From NCBI GenBank assembly GCA_013239625.1, contig MU053379.1:4960714-5024713 (forward strand): a stretch of DNA of 64,000 bases, written 5' to 3'. Below the pieces are notes generated by a model. That model was not told where the DNA came from, ran no database searches, and worked only from the letters and a program-made list of their open reading frames with translations. Shown here piece by piece: positions 1-14,079 of this stretch. Every line of letters starts with the position of its first letter. Position 1 is the stretch's first letter. Origin of the DNA: Lama guanicoe. Its lineage: Eukaryota. The position numbers and the translations under genes were made by a program.

Positions 1-1814
1 ACTACAAAGACGTCCTGTTAACACTGGCTGTAATTATTGCAGAAAATGGCAGAAAAAGAAAATTGATGAAAATCGGTGGTTCCTTAAGAGAAAGAGGGGA
101 GCGAAAATGCCAGTTTGCTTCTGTGTAAGTTGCAGGTATCCGGTCACGGGCTCAGGGTGAATGAGACTCCCAGTCATTCAGATGCCTTCGCAAACCCTCC
201 CCTGCAGGCCCACCTGCTTGGCCCCTGGGGTGGGTGTTGGCCAGCTCTGGGGTGGGGTGGGTCTGCGGTTGCCCCATCCAGTCAAGGCTGCTATCCCCAG
301 CAGGTTCCCGGCGCTCCGCGGGGGCCTGGGTTCCGAGAGGCTGGAGGGGGCAGGCCCACCCGCCAGGCTCTGTGCACCCCGCCATCCGCCACCTGCTGCA
401 TCACCCCACCACCTTGCAGTCATTAAGTGGAGCCTTTCTCCAATGAGGACGGAGCAGAACGGGGAGGGGGGGTGGGGGGTGCTTTCTTTCATGGTTCAGT
501 GTTGGGCCCCGCGTTGGGAACCACCGGCCCCAGGGCCACGCTCCCTGGGCCTGAGTCTCCCTCCCACCGACACAGCCCTTGTGGCCCAGAAGTGGGACAG
601 GCAGCACTTGAGAAAAGGTCTGTCCTCCCCGCTCACTCGTGCCCAGCTTCCTCCGGACCTCGTGCTGGCCTTCAGCCTGAGTCTCGTCTCCAGAAAGGAA
701 GTTCTTTCCTTTCCAGACTCAGAGCCGCACTCTCGTCGAGGGAGCCAGTGCCAACGCGCTAAGAACCCCAGAGGCTCCTGCGGCTGGCAACCCCGGGCCA
801 GGCACAACCAGCAAGGGGAACAGGGCTGTCGGCCCAGACACGGAGCAAACAATCCACCCATAACCTCGCCCAACTTCCCAGGGGAAGTCTCCCTGGATGG
901 TGGCTGGGAAATTGCCCCGCCTCCTCACATCTGGTTCCTAGATTCAGATGAGGTCAAGACAGCCCCCGGGGCCAAGCAGCCACGGCCCATCGCCCCTCCC
1001 CTGGTGCCCACGGTGACCCCCGAGCACAAGCACTTTCTGCTCCTCACAGTCCCAGGACATCACACCAGGACCCCCAGCCCCTGTCCCTCCGGGAGGCCAC
1101 CTGACCCCTCCTCCCCACTGCTTTTAGCAGGAACTCATGCTCTGGTCGGGGGAGGGGGGAAGGCATGCTGTCTGCACACACCTGCAGGCCTGTTGCCAGG
1201 TGGGATCCACAGCATGTCACACGGACCAGACTCCTCTGGACCAAACCCTGCTTCTGGCCCCTCCAGTTGGATGAGCCTGAGTGCCCCCCAGGCTTGGTGG
1301 GCCATGGTCCTGCTCTTCACAGCCAAGGGTGCCCCGAATCCCAGCTAAGGTTCTAGGTGTTGGGGGCCCACACATCGGGGCAGCCTGGGCCTGGGAAGGG
1401 CAGCCGTCCACTGCAGGCTGGTTCCGGGTAACCCTCCGGGGAGCGGGTCCCAGGCAGCAGATGGAGGGTCTAGCACAGAGGGCACGGGGGTCCAGACATC
1501 CCCCGAGCCCCAGGGCAGCCCTGCGGCGTCTCAGGGCTGCCAGCCCAGCTGCTCCTTCCTAAAGCCTTGATTTTCCACCTCCTGAAGTCTGACCAGCGGG
1601 GAGAGCAAGTGGCCCAGGAGTGGGTGGGGAGGGGGAGGGGCAGCACAACCGGCATCCCGTCAGGACCCAGGGAAGGGTCAAGCAGCCACCTCCACGCTGC
1701 CCAGGTGGGAACCCAGCGCAGGTCCACCCCACATCAGCCCAAGAAGCCAACTGCCCCGTGGGAACAGGAGCCCCTCCTGGAAGACTGCGGTCCTCCCCCA
1801 CAGGAACCTCCACG

Positions 1815-1827
1815 NNNNNNNNNNNNN
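1815..1827. other. Assembly gap (13 N)
   Basis: Run of 13 n between ...ccacg and cccccacgg... Confidence 1.
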
Positions 1828-4800
1828 CCCCCACGGCGCCCCTCCATCTCCCACAACCCACCGCCCCCCAGCGTCCCTTGCACTGAGGGGCTTCACAAAA
1901 GCAGGGACCCAGCTCCAGGGGGGCCAGAGGACCCCCAGAAAGGGCCCCGTCAAGGAGGTGGACTCTGGGGGTCCCCCTGGCCGCAGTCCCAAGATGGAGC
2001 CGCTGTACAATGTGAAATTCCAAGAGCCTTGGCTTGCCCAAAAGAAAACGAAAGAAAAATAATGTCAGGTATAGAAGGATTCAAAGCACTTCCCAGCTTC
2101 AAAATCTGGAGTCAGAGTCTTAAGGAAAGGTAAATGCTCATGTAAAACCAGCTGCATCCAAGTAACCTCAGGCTGCTGCTGGGTTCTGGAAGCCAGCATG
2201 GGAATTCCCGACCAAGCTTTGCCATCGGAGTTACTCAGAAGTCTGCAGGTCAGCCACTGGGAGCCCACCCGACAAAGCCACTGCCCACACCATCGACCTC
2301 CAGTTAACAAACCCCCCCCCCGCCAGCTGCTCTAATATTTTAATAAAGGAGCTCGCTCACTGCAAACTGCGCTAAGTCTGGGGTGAGAAGAGCAAGTGCA
2401 AGGGTCAGGCTGCCTTTTAGCAACCCCAGATTCTCCTCCGGAAACTCCCGTCCCAGCCCTCCCGGCCCCATCAGCCATACGTCCACCCTGTGCCCCTCCC
2501 TCGTCGAATCTGAAACCCTTGCTGACCTCCCTTCAGCTGGCCCCGAGCTTCACTAGAACAGACTCTCCCCCCCAGGCCCCAGTCTGGGCTCTCACCCCCG
2601 GGCACTGCTCAACACACAGCCACCCAGCGGAGAAGCGAGTCTCCATTTTGCAGAGAAGAGACGGTCAGAGAGGTGGAGCCTTGCTCCAGGTCACACGCAG
2701 CTGGGGACAAAGCAAGCAGGCACAGGCCTCCACGCACCTGGCCACGCCCCCCACGGCACGCAGGCCGGCCACTGCCCCTTGGCCTTCATCCACACGCCAC
2801 CCCTCCTCTGCTTCTCAAGCCCACCCCCCAGGACTTCCTCGGACTCTTCTCTGAGCGAGACTTCCTGCTTCCTCCCACCAGCGCCCCGTGGAGACACTTC
2901 CGTGACCTTAACAAGTGGCCTGGCATGGAGACGCCCAGGGCCCTGGCACAAGCCAGCCTCTGGGGAGGTGCAGCCAGGCTTCAGACTGCACAGCCCCCTC
3001 TGCCCACAGGGGCCCGTCGGCCTGCCCCAGACAGAGGGGCGCCCCAAAGGCCAGGCCCCACCCTGTACTCCCGGTGCAAGTTAGGGACCAGTAACGCCCA
3101 GGGCCCCACCAACCTGCCAGGGAGGGGCCGTCCTCCCTGCCCACCGAGGGGCTCTGAGGCAGGCAGGGGCACCTGATGTCCCCTCTGTTCCTCGGGACAC
3201 CGTGCACAACCTCCTGCAGTAACAGGACCCAGGTGAGTGACCACAGACATCACTGCCTCCGAGGCTGGGCCCACTTGGCTCAGGTGTGCCCCCTCCCCCG
3301 CAGCCCGGATGCCCAGCCCTGCTGCACGGCCTGGCCGTCACCACACGGGCCCAGCCTTCAGGGCCGGGGCAGCGCTGGCCTCGCCCCATCCCTCCTTCAT
3401 AGAGGAGGTCCCGGCCAGGGCAGAAACCTGTCACAGCTTAATTGACACAGCTCTGGACCCCTCTTCAGAGAACTCAGACGGCAGATCCTAGTTCAGAGCC
3501 TGGTGAACACTCTCGGACGGCCCTCTCCTCTGTCTGGGGGACCACGCACCCCCCACCCCCAAGAGTCCCTATGTGCAGGGACGCTGGGACCAGCCGCAGC
3601 TGTGTGCCCTGCTCCTCGCCCTCCGCCCGTCCCCAGACTGGAAATCCCTGGCCCAGACCCCAGGCTCCAGGCAGACAGTGGTCCTGAACCACCACCATCC
3701 GCCTCGAGGAAGAGGTTTGTGTTTCTCCACATCCCCACCCCCAGGGCCTCCGGAATCTGCTTGAACTGGATGGGAAGGACCTTCTCGCAAAAGAGGCGTG
3801 GGGACAGCTGGAAGGACCGGGCCCGGGGCTATCTGGCCGCACAGCCTCCGGGAGCCGCCCAGGTTATCTGTGCCGCCTGGCCTCTGCAGCCCTGGCCTTG
3901 GAGGCCTCAGGCAGTGCCAGGGGCCCAGGTTTGCCGTCCTGCTGGTTTGCTGGGGGAGAACAGCTTCCTCAGGCCAGTTCTCAGCACACCCCCGGTAGAG
4001 GAAGGATGAAAGTCAGCTAGGCGGCCCTCTGGCCCTCGCCCTGGGCTGGGGTCACAGGTGGCCCTCTTCCCCAGGCAGTGTGTGCAGGCCATGGGAGACG
4101 TGTGCAGGTCATCCCACGCTGCCCCAGCCAGCTTCCCATCCGGGAGTGAGCACTGCACATGAAGGAGGCTGTCCTCTTCCCAGACCCACGCGGCCCGCGC
4201 CAGCAGGAGGCCCACCACACTGCCCAGTGTGCCCCCAGGGCCTTGGCCCAGCGCCAGCCAGTGCTGCAGAGGGAAGGAACCGATGGGGCAGGTGGGGTGG
4301 GGACAGAATGAGAACACGCGGGCCCCCCAGGGTTCCCAAAGCTGGTCCCACCAGGCCTCCCTGCCCCAGGGAGCTGCGGCCGCAAATATACAATGGCATT
4401 CAGATCTGCTGGTATTCAGATTCTCGAAGGCTACGTGGCCCTCAGGCAGCAGCCCAACCTCCAAGGCGGGAACAGGGCGGTCCCCGCAGCCCGGAGAGGT
4501 CTCCAGAAAGGATCCTGGGGCACAGGCGCAGGCTGTAGAAATGTGCACGGAGAATGAGCACGTTTAAAGTGTACGCAAGGTGGGTGTGCACACGCGCATC
4601 TGCCAAGCCCGGGGACGGTGCCACTCTCCTGGGCTGGGCAGGGTGTCACGACCACTGGGGCAGAGTGGGTTCCCATCACAAGCTCTGTGATGACTCTTCA
4701 GAAATGTACCTCCTCAAAGCTCCCAGCAGACCCTGAGGAGCTGTCTGGCCACCTGGCACAGGAGATGGGTCCTCAGCTTCCGACAGACGAGGTGGCCTGG

Positions 4801-6775
4801 TCCCCGGGAAACGCCAGCCCCTGGAACTGCAGCCCCGTGCGGTTTCCTTCCACGGCTCAGGCTGTGGGTCTGGAACTTGTCTTCAGGCCGCTGAGGCCTG
4901 TGACCGTCCGGGGCACCTTGGGTGCTACCACGTGGGACACTTGGCAGGAATGCACTCATTCTAGTGGCAGTCTGTGTGCTGGCAGGACAGCGAGCCCTGA
5001 AGTGCGGGCAGTCCTCCGAGACGAGGAAGAAAACCTCACACCAAAACCCTAACACGACCAGGACAATGATTAATCCCAGTGCCTCAGAGCAGCTGCCCTT
5101 GCAGACACACAATTCTCCTTTTACGCAAACAGTAGGTAACGGGCACCTGGCACCAAGACCGGCTCAAGTGTGTAAAACCATTTCAGGCAAGTCTGTTTAT
5201 TTTTAGAGAGAGGATAATAAATTCCTTCCATGTACTTAGACATTTGTCCCCTGCCCTGGGCTGCTTTGCAATGGAAATGAAGTTGTTCTTTGTGTTAACC
5301 AGCTGGCTGCAGTCCTGAGCCGCCCCCATGGTTACAACCACATACTCGGCAGGCTGGCTGAGCACGGCTCGCAGACGCTGCCCAACACGGGCCCGGGGGT
5401 GGCCCACTGGAGGACAGAAGGAGATCAGTCCACGGCTGGGCTGCCTTACCCCCTCCACACCCCCGAGCCCCGCAGAGAGCCGTGATCTTCTACGAGTGGG
5501 AGCAGCTAGGTCTGTCCGGGGACCCAGGTCAGGGAGGTGACCGGCAGGAAGGGCTGGGATGGACTGTGACCGCGAGGAGTGCTGGGGGCGGGCGAGGCAC
5601 AAGCAGGGCAGTGCCCGCTAACTGTAGCCACGGCAGACTTAACAGGCGTCACCCCTGCATCTAGGGGTCACCTTGACTACAGCTTCGCAAGGGCTGGTGC
5701 ACTTGGTCTGTGATAAAACCAGAGTCTGAAAAACTGGCAGGACACCTGGGGTCCCCAAGGGACGGGCGACTGCTGTGCTCAGCCCCGGGGTCTGGACCTG
5801 TCCATCTGAACATCCTCCCACTACCACGTCCCCTGGCTCCCCTGCCCCAGCCCTGTGCACCTGCACCTCACTTGCTCCCTGGACGCCCTGCTCCGGCCTG
5901 GATGGCCCACCCCCACCCCGTCTCCCAGGACCTCAGCTTGAACGCCACTCCTCAGAGAGGCCTCTCTGACTGTTGAGACCCAAAGTGACCCCCTGGCTAC
6001 ACTCGGCCGTGTGGTTGGGGACTGTCTGTGACTACAGCGTACCTCCGCCTGCCTTAATGGTACCGTGCACTCAGGGACACTGGAGGAATGACTGGCAAGA
6101 AGCACGGCGGCCACCCACCAGGACAGCGTCACCCACAACTACTTGATGGAGGGGTGAAGGGACCCAGGGCTGGGCTCATGGTGGAGCTGAGATGGTGCTG
6201 AAAGCGAGTGGATGCTTGAGCGAAGGCATTTTCAGCGGTGACAGGCCACAGGGACCGGGAGCAAGGCCGCCCCGGGAAGGGCAGCGCCTTGGGAAGGCCA
6301 GGGCCTGGTCCCGGACACCGGGCCCCCTCCACCCCCCAACACACAAGCAGCGTCCAGAAGACCGCTTGGCACATCAAACATATGAGGAACTTGAGGCCTC
6401 ACAGATACAAACGCCAGGTGTGGCCCTTTTTAACAACATGCCTGCTGCTTGCGCCGCTGTCACCCCAGCGTGTTTCGTTCAGTGCATGTTCATGTTTGCT
6501 CTTGCCGAGAGCAGAGGCCAGCTCCAGAGTGGCAACACGGCCCCGATACGCAGATAACCCCCCACCCAGAGTCGGCCACAGGCACGCAGGACGGTGCCAG
6601 GACCTGCCCTGTGCCCTGAACATTCGTCATACTTGTCTCCAAAGACTGGCTCCTGCCGCGGGACCTAAAGACTCCAAGTATCACCCCTGTGGATGAGCGG
6701 GCCGGGCCTCCGCCTGTTCACAGCCCGGGGCCGGTGCCGGGCACAGAGACGCCCACCATCGGGGACACTGTGTAC

Positions 6776-6872
6776 CTGTAGGTGATCCTCACTTCGGTTC
6801 CAGGCTCATCGCGCTCCCAGATCAAAGCGACGCTCTCCGGGGACTTCCAGACGTGCTGATCCAGGCAGTTGA
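6776..6872 (-). CDS. ACSS1: Mitochondrial acetyl-CoA synthetase (AceCS2), coding exon 2 (97 nt); gene continues beyond the left edge of the window
   Basis: Encodes (V)NCLDQHVWKSPESVALIWERDEPGTEVRITY(R), matching ACSS1. Acceptor tgtgcag| and donor AG|gtaca. The phase joins exon 1 (tct g|tc aac = S-V-N). Confidence 0.96.
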
Positions 6873-7933
6873 CTGCACAGAACAGGTTCAAGGACGTTAC
6901 ACTCCGTGTGCTGCTCTCCCTGGGTGGGCCTCCCTCCCTCACCAGGGGCAGGTCTCCCCTCCCTTGCAAGGAGAGGGGTGACAGAACCCACGGAAACAAG
7001 GCCGTCACTGCGCAAGGATGACCCCGCGAGTCCAGGTGACCCCTGCTTCACGCCAGGAGCCCCAGCCTCGCCACCGCGGGGACCCTGACCCGACTGGCCC
7101 GGTTTTCAAGGCTTCCAGGTGGTTCTAAAGTGCTGCCTGGGCCGAGCTGCTAGAATGAAGGCTCGCTGCAAACAGGGTGTCCCGATTCGGAGCGCGGCTG
7201 GCGGGGCGGGCTCCCGAGCGGTGGAGGTGCAACCAGGACAAGGACCCGCAAACCCTCGCATGGGGCGGCCAGCTCGCTGCTCCGGGAAGCGGTGCAGGGA
7301 TGGGAAAGGCCTCGCTGGTTTCTGGAAGGTTCTGCCCGCCTCCCACTCCACAGCCCGAGCTCAGATCACATGGCTGCCCCAGTTACCTGGGACAGCTCCC
7401 TGTCCACCTGAAGGTCAGCAGGGCCGTGGCCACCCTGGTCACCAGCGCTCGCTGGGCTTCGGGGGCGCTCGGCCCTGCCCACTGTCCAGAGCCCCTTCCG
7501 TTGGGCCCTCACGGACAGTCTGTGTCACCCGCCCCCCACCGGGGGGAGTCAGTACTGCCGTAAGCGCAGGGGCGGCAGCCGCCTGTGCCCCGTCTCCAGG
7601 GTCGCCCCCTGGTCTCCAGGGTCACCCGTGTCCAGGTAAACACATTTTTCCTTTTTGGGGCGGTTACTTATCTTCTCCTACTCAGTCTCCTTTGACACAA
7701 ACGGGAGCTACTCCATCTGTCACGTCTGAGTCACAGCCGAGGATCAGAATCCCGCAGGAGACTCAGTGCCGCTGCGGGAGCACAGGGTGAGCCACACCTG
7801 CTCAGCCCACCCGCCCCCGACAAGCCGCTACAGACACTTCCTGACGGAAACCCATCCGGACGAGTTACGGGAGACTCTCCCCAGAATAAGTCACGTGATT
7901 CTCATAATCCTTGAGGGGGAGACCGCACGCGAA

Positions 7934-8163
7934 AACATGTACACACTGGCACTGTGTCTGTGTGCATGTGCCTGGGTGTACGTGTGTCTGTGTGTGTCTG
8001 TATGTCTGTGTATCTGTGTGTCTGTGTGTCTGTGTGCATGCGCCTGTGTGTACGTGTGTGTCCGTGTGTGTGTGCATGAGCCTGTGTGTACGTGTGTCGG
8101 TGTGTGTCTGTGTCTGTGTGTCTGCGTATCTGTGGGTCTGTGTGTCTGTGTGTAAGCGTGTGT
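7934..8163. repeat. Degenerate (TG)n/(TGTGTC)n low-complexity tract in ACSS1 intron 1
   Basis: About 230 bp of interrupted TG dinucleotides. Confidence 0.95.
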
Positions 8164-11100
8164 CAATCACATTTTTTCCCCTCTTGGGTTATTTTATCTA
8201 TCATTTACTCTTACACATTAGTAAAACAATTTCATTTCAGTTTTCTGGCTCATAACAAGTATATCAATTATACCTCCAAAGGTTTAATAAATGTAGATGT
8301 CATACGAAAAAGCACTCCTTACTGACACAAGAAAGTTCTTTGAATCAGTAGAAAAACAGAAGAGAAGAAACGCCCAGAAAACAGAAGAGAGGAAAGTAAG
8401 AGACAAACTGAGGAGTTTTGGTGGCAGGACCTGGATTTACACAGTAAATCTGACATCAGCACAGGTCAGTCTGGCCCAAAGTTTAGGAATCAAGAGTTTT
8501 CACACTAAAACCACCGATTCCTGGAATAGTCAGCAGATGAGGGCGTACCCCTGCCTGGGAGCTGAGGCAGTGACCACCCCTCTGCAGGGGGGGGTCCTGT
8601 CCCCGCGCCCACTGCGTGGCCCATGGGACAGGAAGCGGTGCCCTTGGGAGGCCACAAGCCTGGGAGTGCCCAGCTGAGGACGGGCTGCATGCAGCCGGGC
8701 ACTGAGCAGAGCCCAGCAGGAAGAGGGCCGCTCCGGGCATCACCAGGGAGCTGGCTGCAGGACAGAGGCTCGGCCCCAACCCAGACCCACCTTGAGAAGC
8801 CCCCAGGAGATGTGCGTGCGGCCTCTGATCGGGCAGCTGCTCCCAAACGCCCCTCCCTGGGTTGGGCCCTCTGAGTTGCCCTGGAAGTGGCCAGCTTGGG
8901 TGTAGCTGGGGAAACAGTCTCCGAATGGCCCAGGCGGTCAGCGACCTGCCCGAGGTCCAGCCAGGAAGCAGGCGTCCAGGCAGGTCTCCAGTGCAGCGCC
9001 CCCCGCCCTCAGAGGTGCAGGACGAGGGGCCACCCAGGCCCCGCGTGAACTGCCGCCCCTCGCTGGCCGGGCCAAGTCTGCGGAGGGCTTCCTGCCCCAG
9101 GCCCTTGGCGTGGTTTCTCCCTGCCTGGTGGACTCCGCCCCACTGCTGCCGTGGCCCTGGCACCCACACGCTAGGGCCCGGCCTGCTCGCCCTCACTCCA
9201 TCCTGGGCCCCTCACTTCCCTGGCCTCCTGCCTCCCTCTCCGCTTCCTGAGATGCTCGCAGCCTGGTGCCCCTTGGTGCCCTGCTCCTGCCTGTCTGCTT
9301 GCAGCCGGACCCGGGGCACAGAGCAAAGGAGCGCCTCAGCCCTGGCTGATGGGTAGACCTTTGAGTCTGCGAGCTGCAGGGCGGCAGCGGGGTCCTGATG
9401 ACACCGGGCTGGCCCCAGGTCCGGGGAGGGAACAGACCTCTTCTTGTCTTCATGGCTTCATCCCTCAAGAAGTTTTCTTTTTGGCCTAAATTAGGGCTCC
9501 TAAACCCCCGGGGGCCCTGAGGACTTGTGAGCACACACGGATTGGGGGGCCTCACCCCGAGTCTCTGACCGGGCAGGCCTGGGTGGGCCGAGCGTTTCAC
9601 TTCTAACAAGATCCGACATCAGGCTGCTACTGGGGCCCCGGCCTGGCTCACACAGACAGACAGACAGACAGCCGTGTGTGCGTACGTCCACTCATACCCA
9701 CCCAGTATGTGCTTTGCAGATTCCAGGCAGCTTTCTTTTTCCAGTGGGGACCCCTGCCAGCGCTGTAAGACATCGACGAGCAGCTGGGGTCATGGTTAAA
9801 ACCACACTCCCTAGAGTCATCGTCCAACCACTCACCAACCAAAGACTGGCCTGTTCATCTCTAAGCACGGTCGCTAAATCTCACTCTTCCAATCCGTAGG
9901 GGAGTGGCGCTTCCTGGCTCTGGGAGTCACAGTAGTAATCAGACGCCACTGGCGTTTTCCTGCCATGGGGTCAGATGGTCTGACGGTGTCCCCAAGGGAG
10001 ACACAGCTCACAGCTGCCGTGGATGACACTCAGATGACACGGCACCAGGGCAGCACAGTGCAGGGCCTAGAGACGCGGCTCCGCGGCGTTAACACACACG
10101 CGCACGGCTTCCGCTTTTGTCCCGACTGCAGAGAAAACGAGGAGGAAGGATGAAGGGAAGCAAACTGCTATGTCCCTCGTTTAAAAAAAAGTCTCCACCC
10201 AAAGAACTGGCAGCGGGACAAGAAAATTCCATTTCCAAGAATAGCTGGACAAGGAGATCCTGCAATTTAAGGCTCGGCTCAAACCCCACCTCTTACGTCA
10301 GGCCTTTTCCAAATTCCCCGGCAGAGTGATCTCTCCCGCTCAGCACTCAGTGACACGCTCAGTGCTTACTCGCTCTGCTCAGCAGCCGCGACCTGGGCAC
10401 AGTGTCCCTGAGGGCAGGGACCCGCCCCTGCGAGGCCTTCCTCTCAGGCATCCTAACTCCCCGGGTAGCGGCTGTGAAACCTCGAGCCGGTTGCCCAGAG
10501 CCGGTCGCCCAGAGCCAGTCGCACAGAGCAGACCTGCTCCTTTGCAGATGTGCGGTCCATCTCCTCATCAGACCGCCGGGGCACGGGGCGTTTTCCACAC
10601 TGTCCGCCACCATACGCGAGTCAGAGCCTTTATTCCCACATCAGTACAATGGGGCCACCAAACACCTCACGCTGGTGTCATGAGGACATGAGATGAGACT
10701 CCATCACGTTCACCTAGGGCAGGTCTGCACCCGGGCTCTGCAAATGCCCGCTGGTGGGCGGCGGGTGGGCTTGGGTTTGTTCTAAAGACATGGTGACCAG
10801 ACAGTCATCATTTCCATCATAAAAAAGGACACATGAACGCAGGAATTTTCATTCAGCAAACTCTTGCTCTGTTTAAGTGCATCCCTGTCCCTCCCCCAAC
10901 TTTACAGAAATTCTGTTTCCATCCAACAAAGAGAGGGAGTTAATATTCACAAAAGGATTCACAATGGGCTTTCTTTAAATAGAACACCTCCCTCGCACAT
11001 TTTAAGATATTACATCAGTCACAAAAACTGTAGTTGCCAACTTTCCATAAGCACCGCTATTTAAAGTAAGTCATGCTTCTGACACTGGAGAGGATTCAGA

Positions 11101-12511
11101 CTTCCCTGAGGGACCCTCCTCCCCAGCCCTGAGGTCACGTTTCCACTGAGAGTTCCTTGAAGGGCCTCAGAGTCACTCCCGTCGCTGGGGGGAAGCGCAG
11201 CCAGGACTGCAGGCGCTTGCCGTGTCAGTGTGTCTGCGACCTGAATGATCTGATGCACGTCATAAAGAAAAGAGAGCACTGCAGCACGGTTTCCACTGCT
11301 GCAACGGACGCTCCGAAAGGTGTGTGAGAAAGCCTGTGCTGGATGCTTACTCACAACCAGTGTCCTAGACCCTTGCTCGAAAGTAAGACACACACACTTG
11401 TTTTTCAAAATCAGACTCAAAATAGCATTTAGTTTTGTGTTCTGAAAGCAACAGGGCGCCACGCTCAAGTTCCACACCTGCAACTTCCTGACATCGCGCG
11501 TTTATCCCCACGGAGCCGAGACATCTGTGGAGCCCCACGAGGGAAAGAGCCAAACCTGAAAGGCTGGAAAGGAGCCTTTTCAGAGCCTGGCTTTCTGAAG
11601 AACCTTGCATGGAGCAGGTTTATGCAAATGGCACAGAAGCAAGTCACTGGAGGGGGCATGGCCTGAAACCCCTCCCCAGGGGCTTCTGGCACCGCCACCC
11701 AGCCCTCCCAAGGCCTGGCTACCCCAGGGCTCCAGGACCAGGTTTGAGAGCCCCATTCGCCATCCGTGTGCCCTCTGGGGCCTGCTTCCCACATCGGCTG
11801 ATCAGCGGGAAACCCATGCAGTCCCTTTCGGAGGAAGCACAGCAGGCCAGCAGCACTGCTGAAGGCCAGGTTCAAGGTCATAGCCCCCCCACCCCGGGAT
11901 CCATTAATAAATAACGAAGGCCAGGGACTGGGCGCAGGAATGCACAGTGTTTTACAAGCATTTTCTCATTTCATGCCTTAGGTGTTCCCCAGTCACATGA
12001 TGCCGAGCAGGAACCTGCCCTGGTCCCTGGGGGCGCTGGTCGCCGATGTCCCCAGGGCCAGGTACCACCCAAGAAGAGGCCCCTTGCAGGAGCTTTGGGT
12101 GGCAGCTCCAGCTGAGCCAGCCTGCAGTGGGCACAGCCCAGGCCCCCTCCTTGGGGGTGAGCAGCAGGGAGATGGCTGGGGCCTCTGACATCAGGAACAA
12201 AGGCGCACCATGCCCACCGGGCCCTGTCCAAAGTCCTGACCCACGGGATCCCAGACACCAAGAAAATGGCAACAAGAGTAAGTGGAGCAGAATTCGGTTA
12301 TACGCTAACCTCACGTTACAGACGAGGAAATAGGGGCACAGAACGGCCTGGGGAAGCAAAGATTAGACATAGGTGTGAATCCAGAGGCAGGCCCGGAACC
12401 GCTGTCTGTCCCCCTACACACCACTGTGTCTGCTTCACGGTCTCCTGAGGACACTCATCTCAACGCTGCCCACGTCACCAGCACCTCCTCCCACCCCGGC
12501 TGGACGCAGGT

Positions 12512-12660
12512 CAGTGGTTCTCGACCTTGAGTGTGCACCGGGAGCCCCAGCGGGCCTCCCCCGCCCCAGGTCACTGGCCCTGGTATGGCATCTGAGAACT
12601 TGAGCTTCTAAAACGTTTGCTGCTGATGCCGCGGTCCAGAGACCACACTTTGAGAACTAC
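12512..12660. mobile_element. MER5A-like hAT-Charlie MITE fossil
   Basis: Starts cagtggttctc and ends gctgatgccgcggtccagagaccacactttgagaactac, typical MER5A termini. Confidence 0.8.
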
Positions 12661-14079
12661 AGGTACAAACCTTCCTGAAGGGTAAAGGGAGGTTGGAGTG
12701 ACACTCCTTTGGAGCACACCATCATCACATGACCGTCACACAGACAGACATCGAGCCAAGACTCCCCACCCCCGCCCGCGACTTTCTGGGTGGCTCCCAG
12801 GGCAGCCCTGACTTGGCCTGCTCCTGGTTCACACCATCACCTCTATGATTTGCAGACACTGGCGAAGGGCAGAGAGATTCCTGACAGATAAGTGGGTGGC
12901 ATATACATTCGAGGGGAAATGCAGCTGAAAAGCTGGTTTTCTACAAGGCAGTTTTCTGAAGCTCTACTTCCAGTTAAGGTAGCCATCGAGGAGAAATAAG
13001 AGAAGGAAAAGAGGCAGGGGGGTTGCTTGCAGACCACACCCTGACCCGACCCTGACCCTGACCAAGTGAGCTCACGAGGCCCTGCGGCCTGTCCCGTGAG
13101 GTCTGTCCCCCATCTTATCTGAGAATGAGAGTTAGCCAGTGTTCAGGAGCCAACCTTGAACGTTTCGGCAGACTCAGGCCGCCCAAGTCCAGGGCAGCTT
13201 CCGAAGGAGCTGCAAACTTCTGCCCCTGTCTGTGGCTCTCCCATCCAGCCTGCTTATCACCGGCCCTGCAAACCTAAGGGGTTAGTTTTTTCCCACTAGT
13301 TCAAGGACACTTGCTGCTGACTCAATTTTAAAGAAAACATGTATCTACTAAATGAGTCATCTTGATTCTATCAGCAAGGCAATATACTGTGTGTATATAT
13401 AAACCTGGTCCAAAGTTCACCTAAGTTTATTTGTTGAAAAATAACTGTAAGATACTCTGATAACCCTATGGCTATCTCTGAATTTTACAAACTAAAATCA
13501 CTACTGCTCATGCATCACCAGTACGTACGTACCCAGCCAGCTCCACCTTTGTGTACTCTGTCCTCACAACCAGCCCCTCACGTGGGCATTACTGACCCCC
13601 CACCCCTCCCCGGTCCTCACAAGAGACTGAGGCTCAGAGCATCAGAAAAACTGGTGGAGCCAGGAGACGAGTACCCTCCCTCCCAGTTCAAGCCTTGACC
13701 ACGAAGACCTACAGAACCGTTCCTTAAACACCGCCTACATCCCACCTACCCCGTTATGCTTTCCTGCCAGATAGGCAGCCTCTCTGACCACCCCTCCAGG
13801 CCGCCCACTCCCCAGGCCTACCCTGTCTGGCTGGCTGCTGCCACATTCCTGGGCCTTACCCCATCCCCGGTCATAGAACAGTGCACTCTCCCCACCCCCC
13901 AACCCCAGTCCAAACCTTAACAATTAACAAAAGAGTAGTGGATATAACCTAGGCAAAGTGCAGAAGACGGGCTGGTGGTGGAGCCGGTTTCTGGGCCCTG
14001 CCCCGAGGGTCTCTGCGGCGAGGTGAAACTGAGAGCTGCGAGACCCCACCGTTGCTGCCTTCCCGCCTTCCCACGGACT

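Noticed and set aside
161..1348. 395-aa ORF and the many other long ORFs in GC-rich DNA (e.g. 14686-15429, 30723-31721, 34480-35304, 56246-57169, 59970-60686)
   Set aside because: Pro/Gly/Arg/Ala-rich with no recognisable domain, often with non-ATG starts. Such frames are expected where high GC makes stop codons rare, and several are just antisense to real exons.
1..6775. ACSS1 exon 3
   Set aside because: No minus-strand segment encoding the expected continuation (ELLETTCRLAN-like, from memory) was found, so it probably lies beyond the left edge.
7865..8255. Cys/Val-rich and His/Thr-rich ORFs (also at 15959-16162 and 55784-56092)
   Set aside because: These are translations of TG/CA microsatellites.
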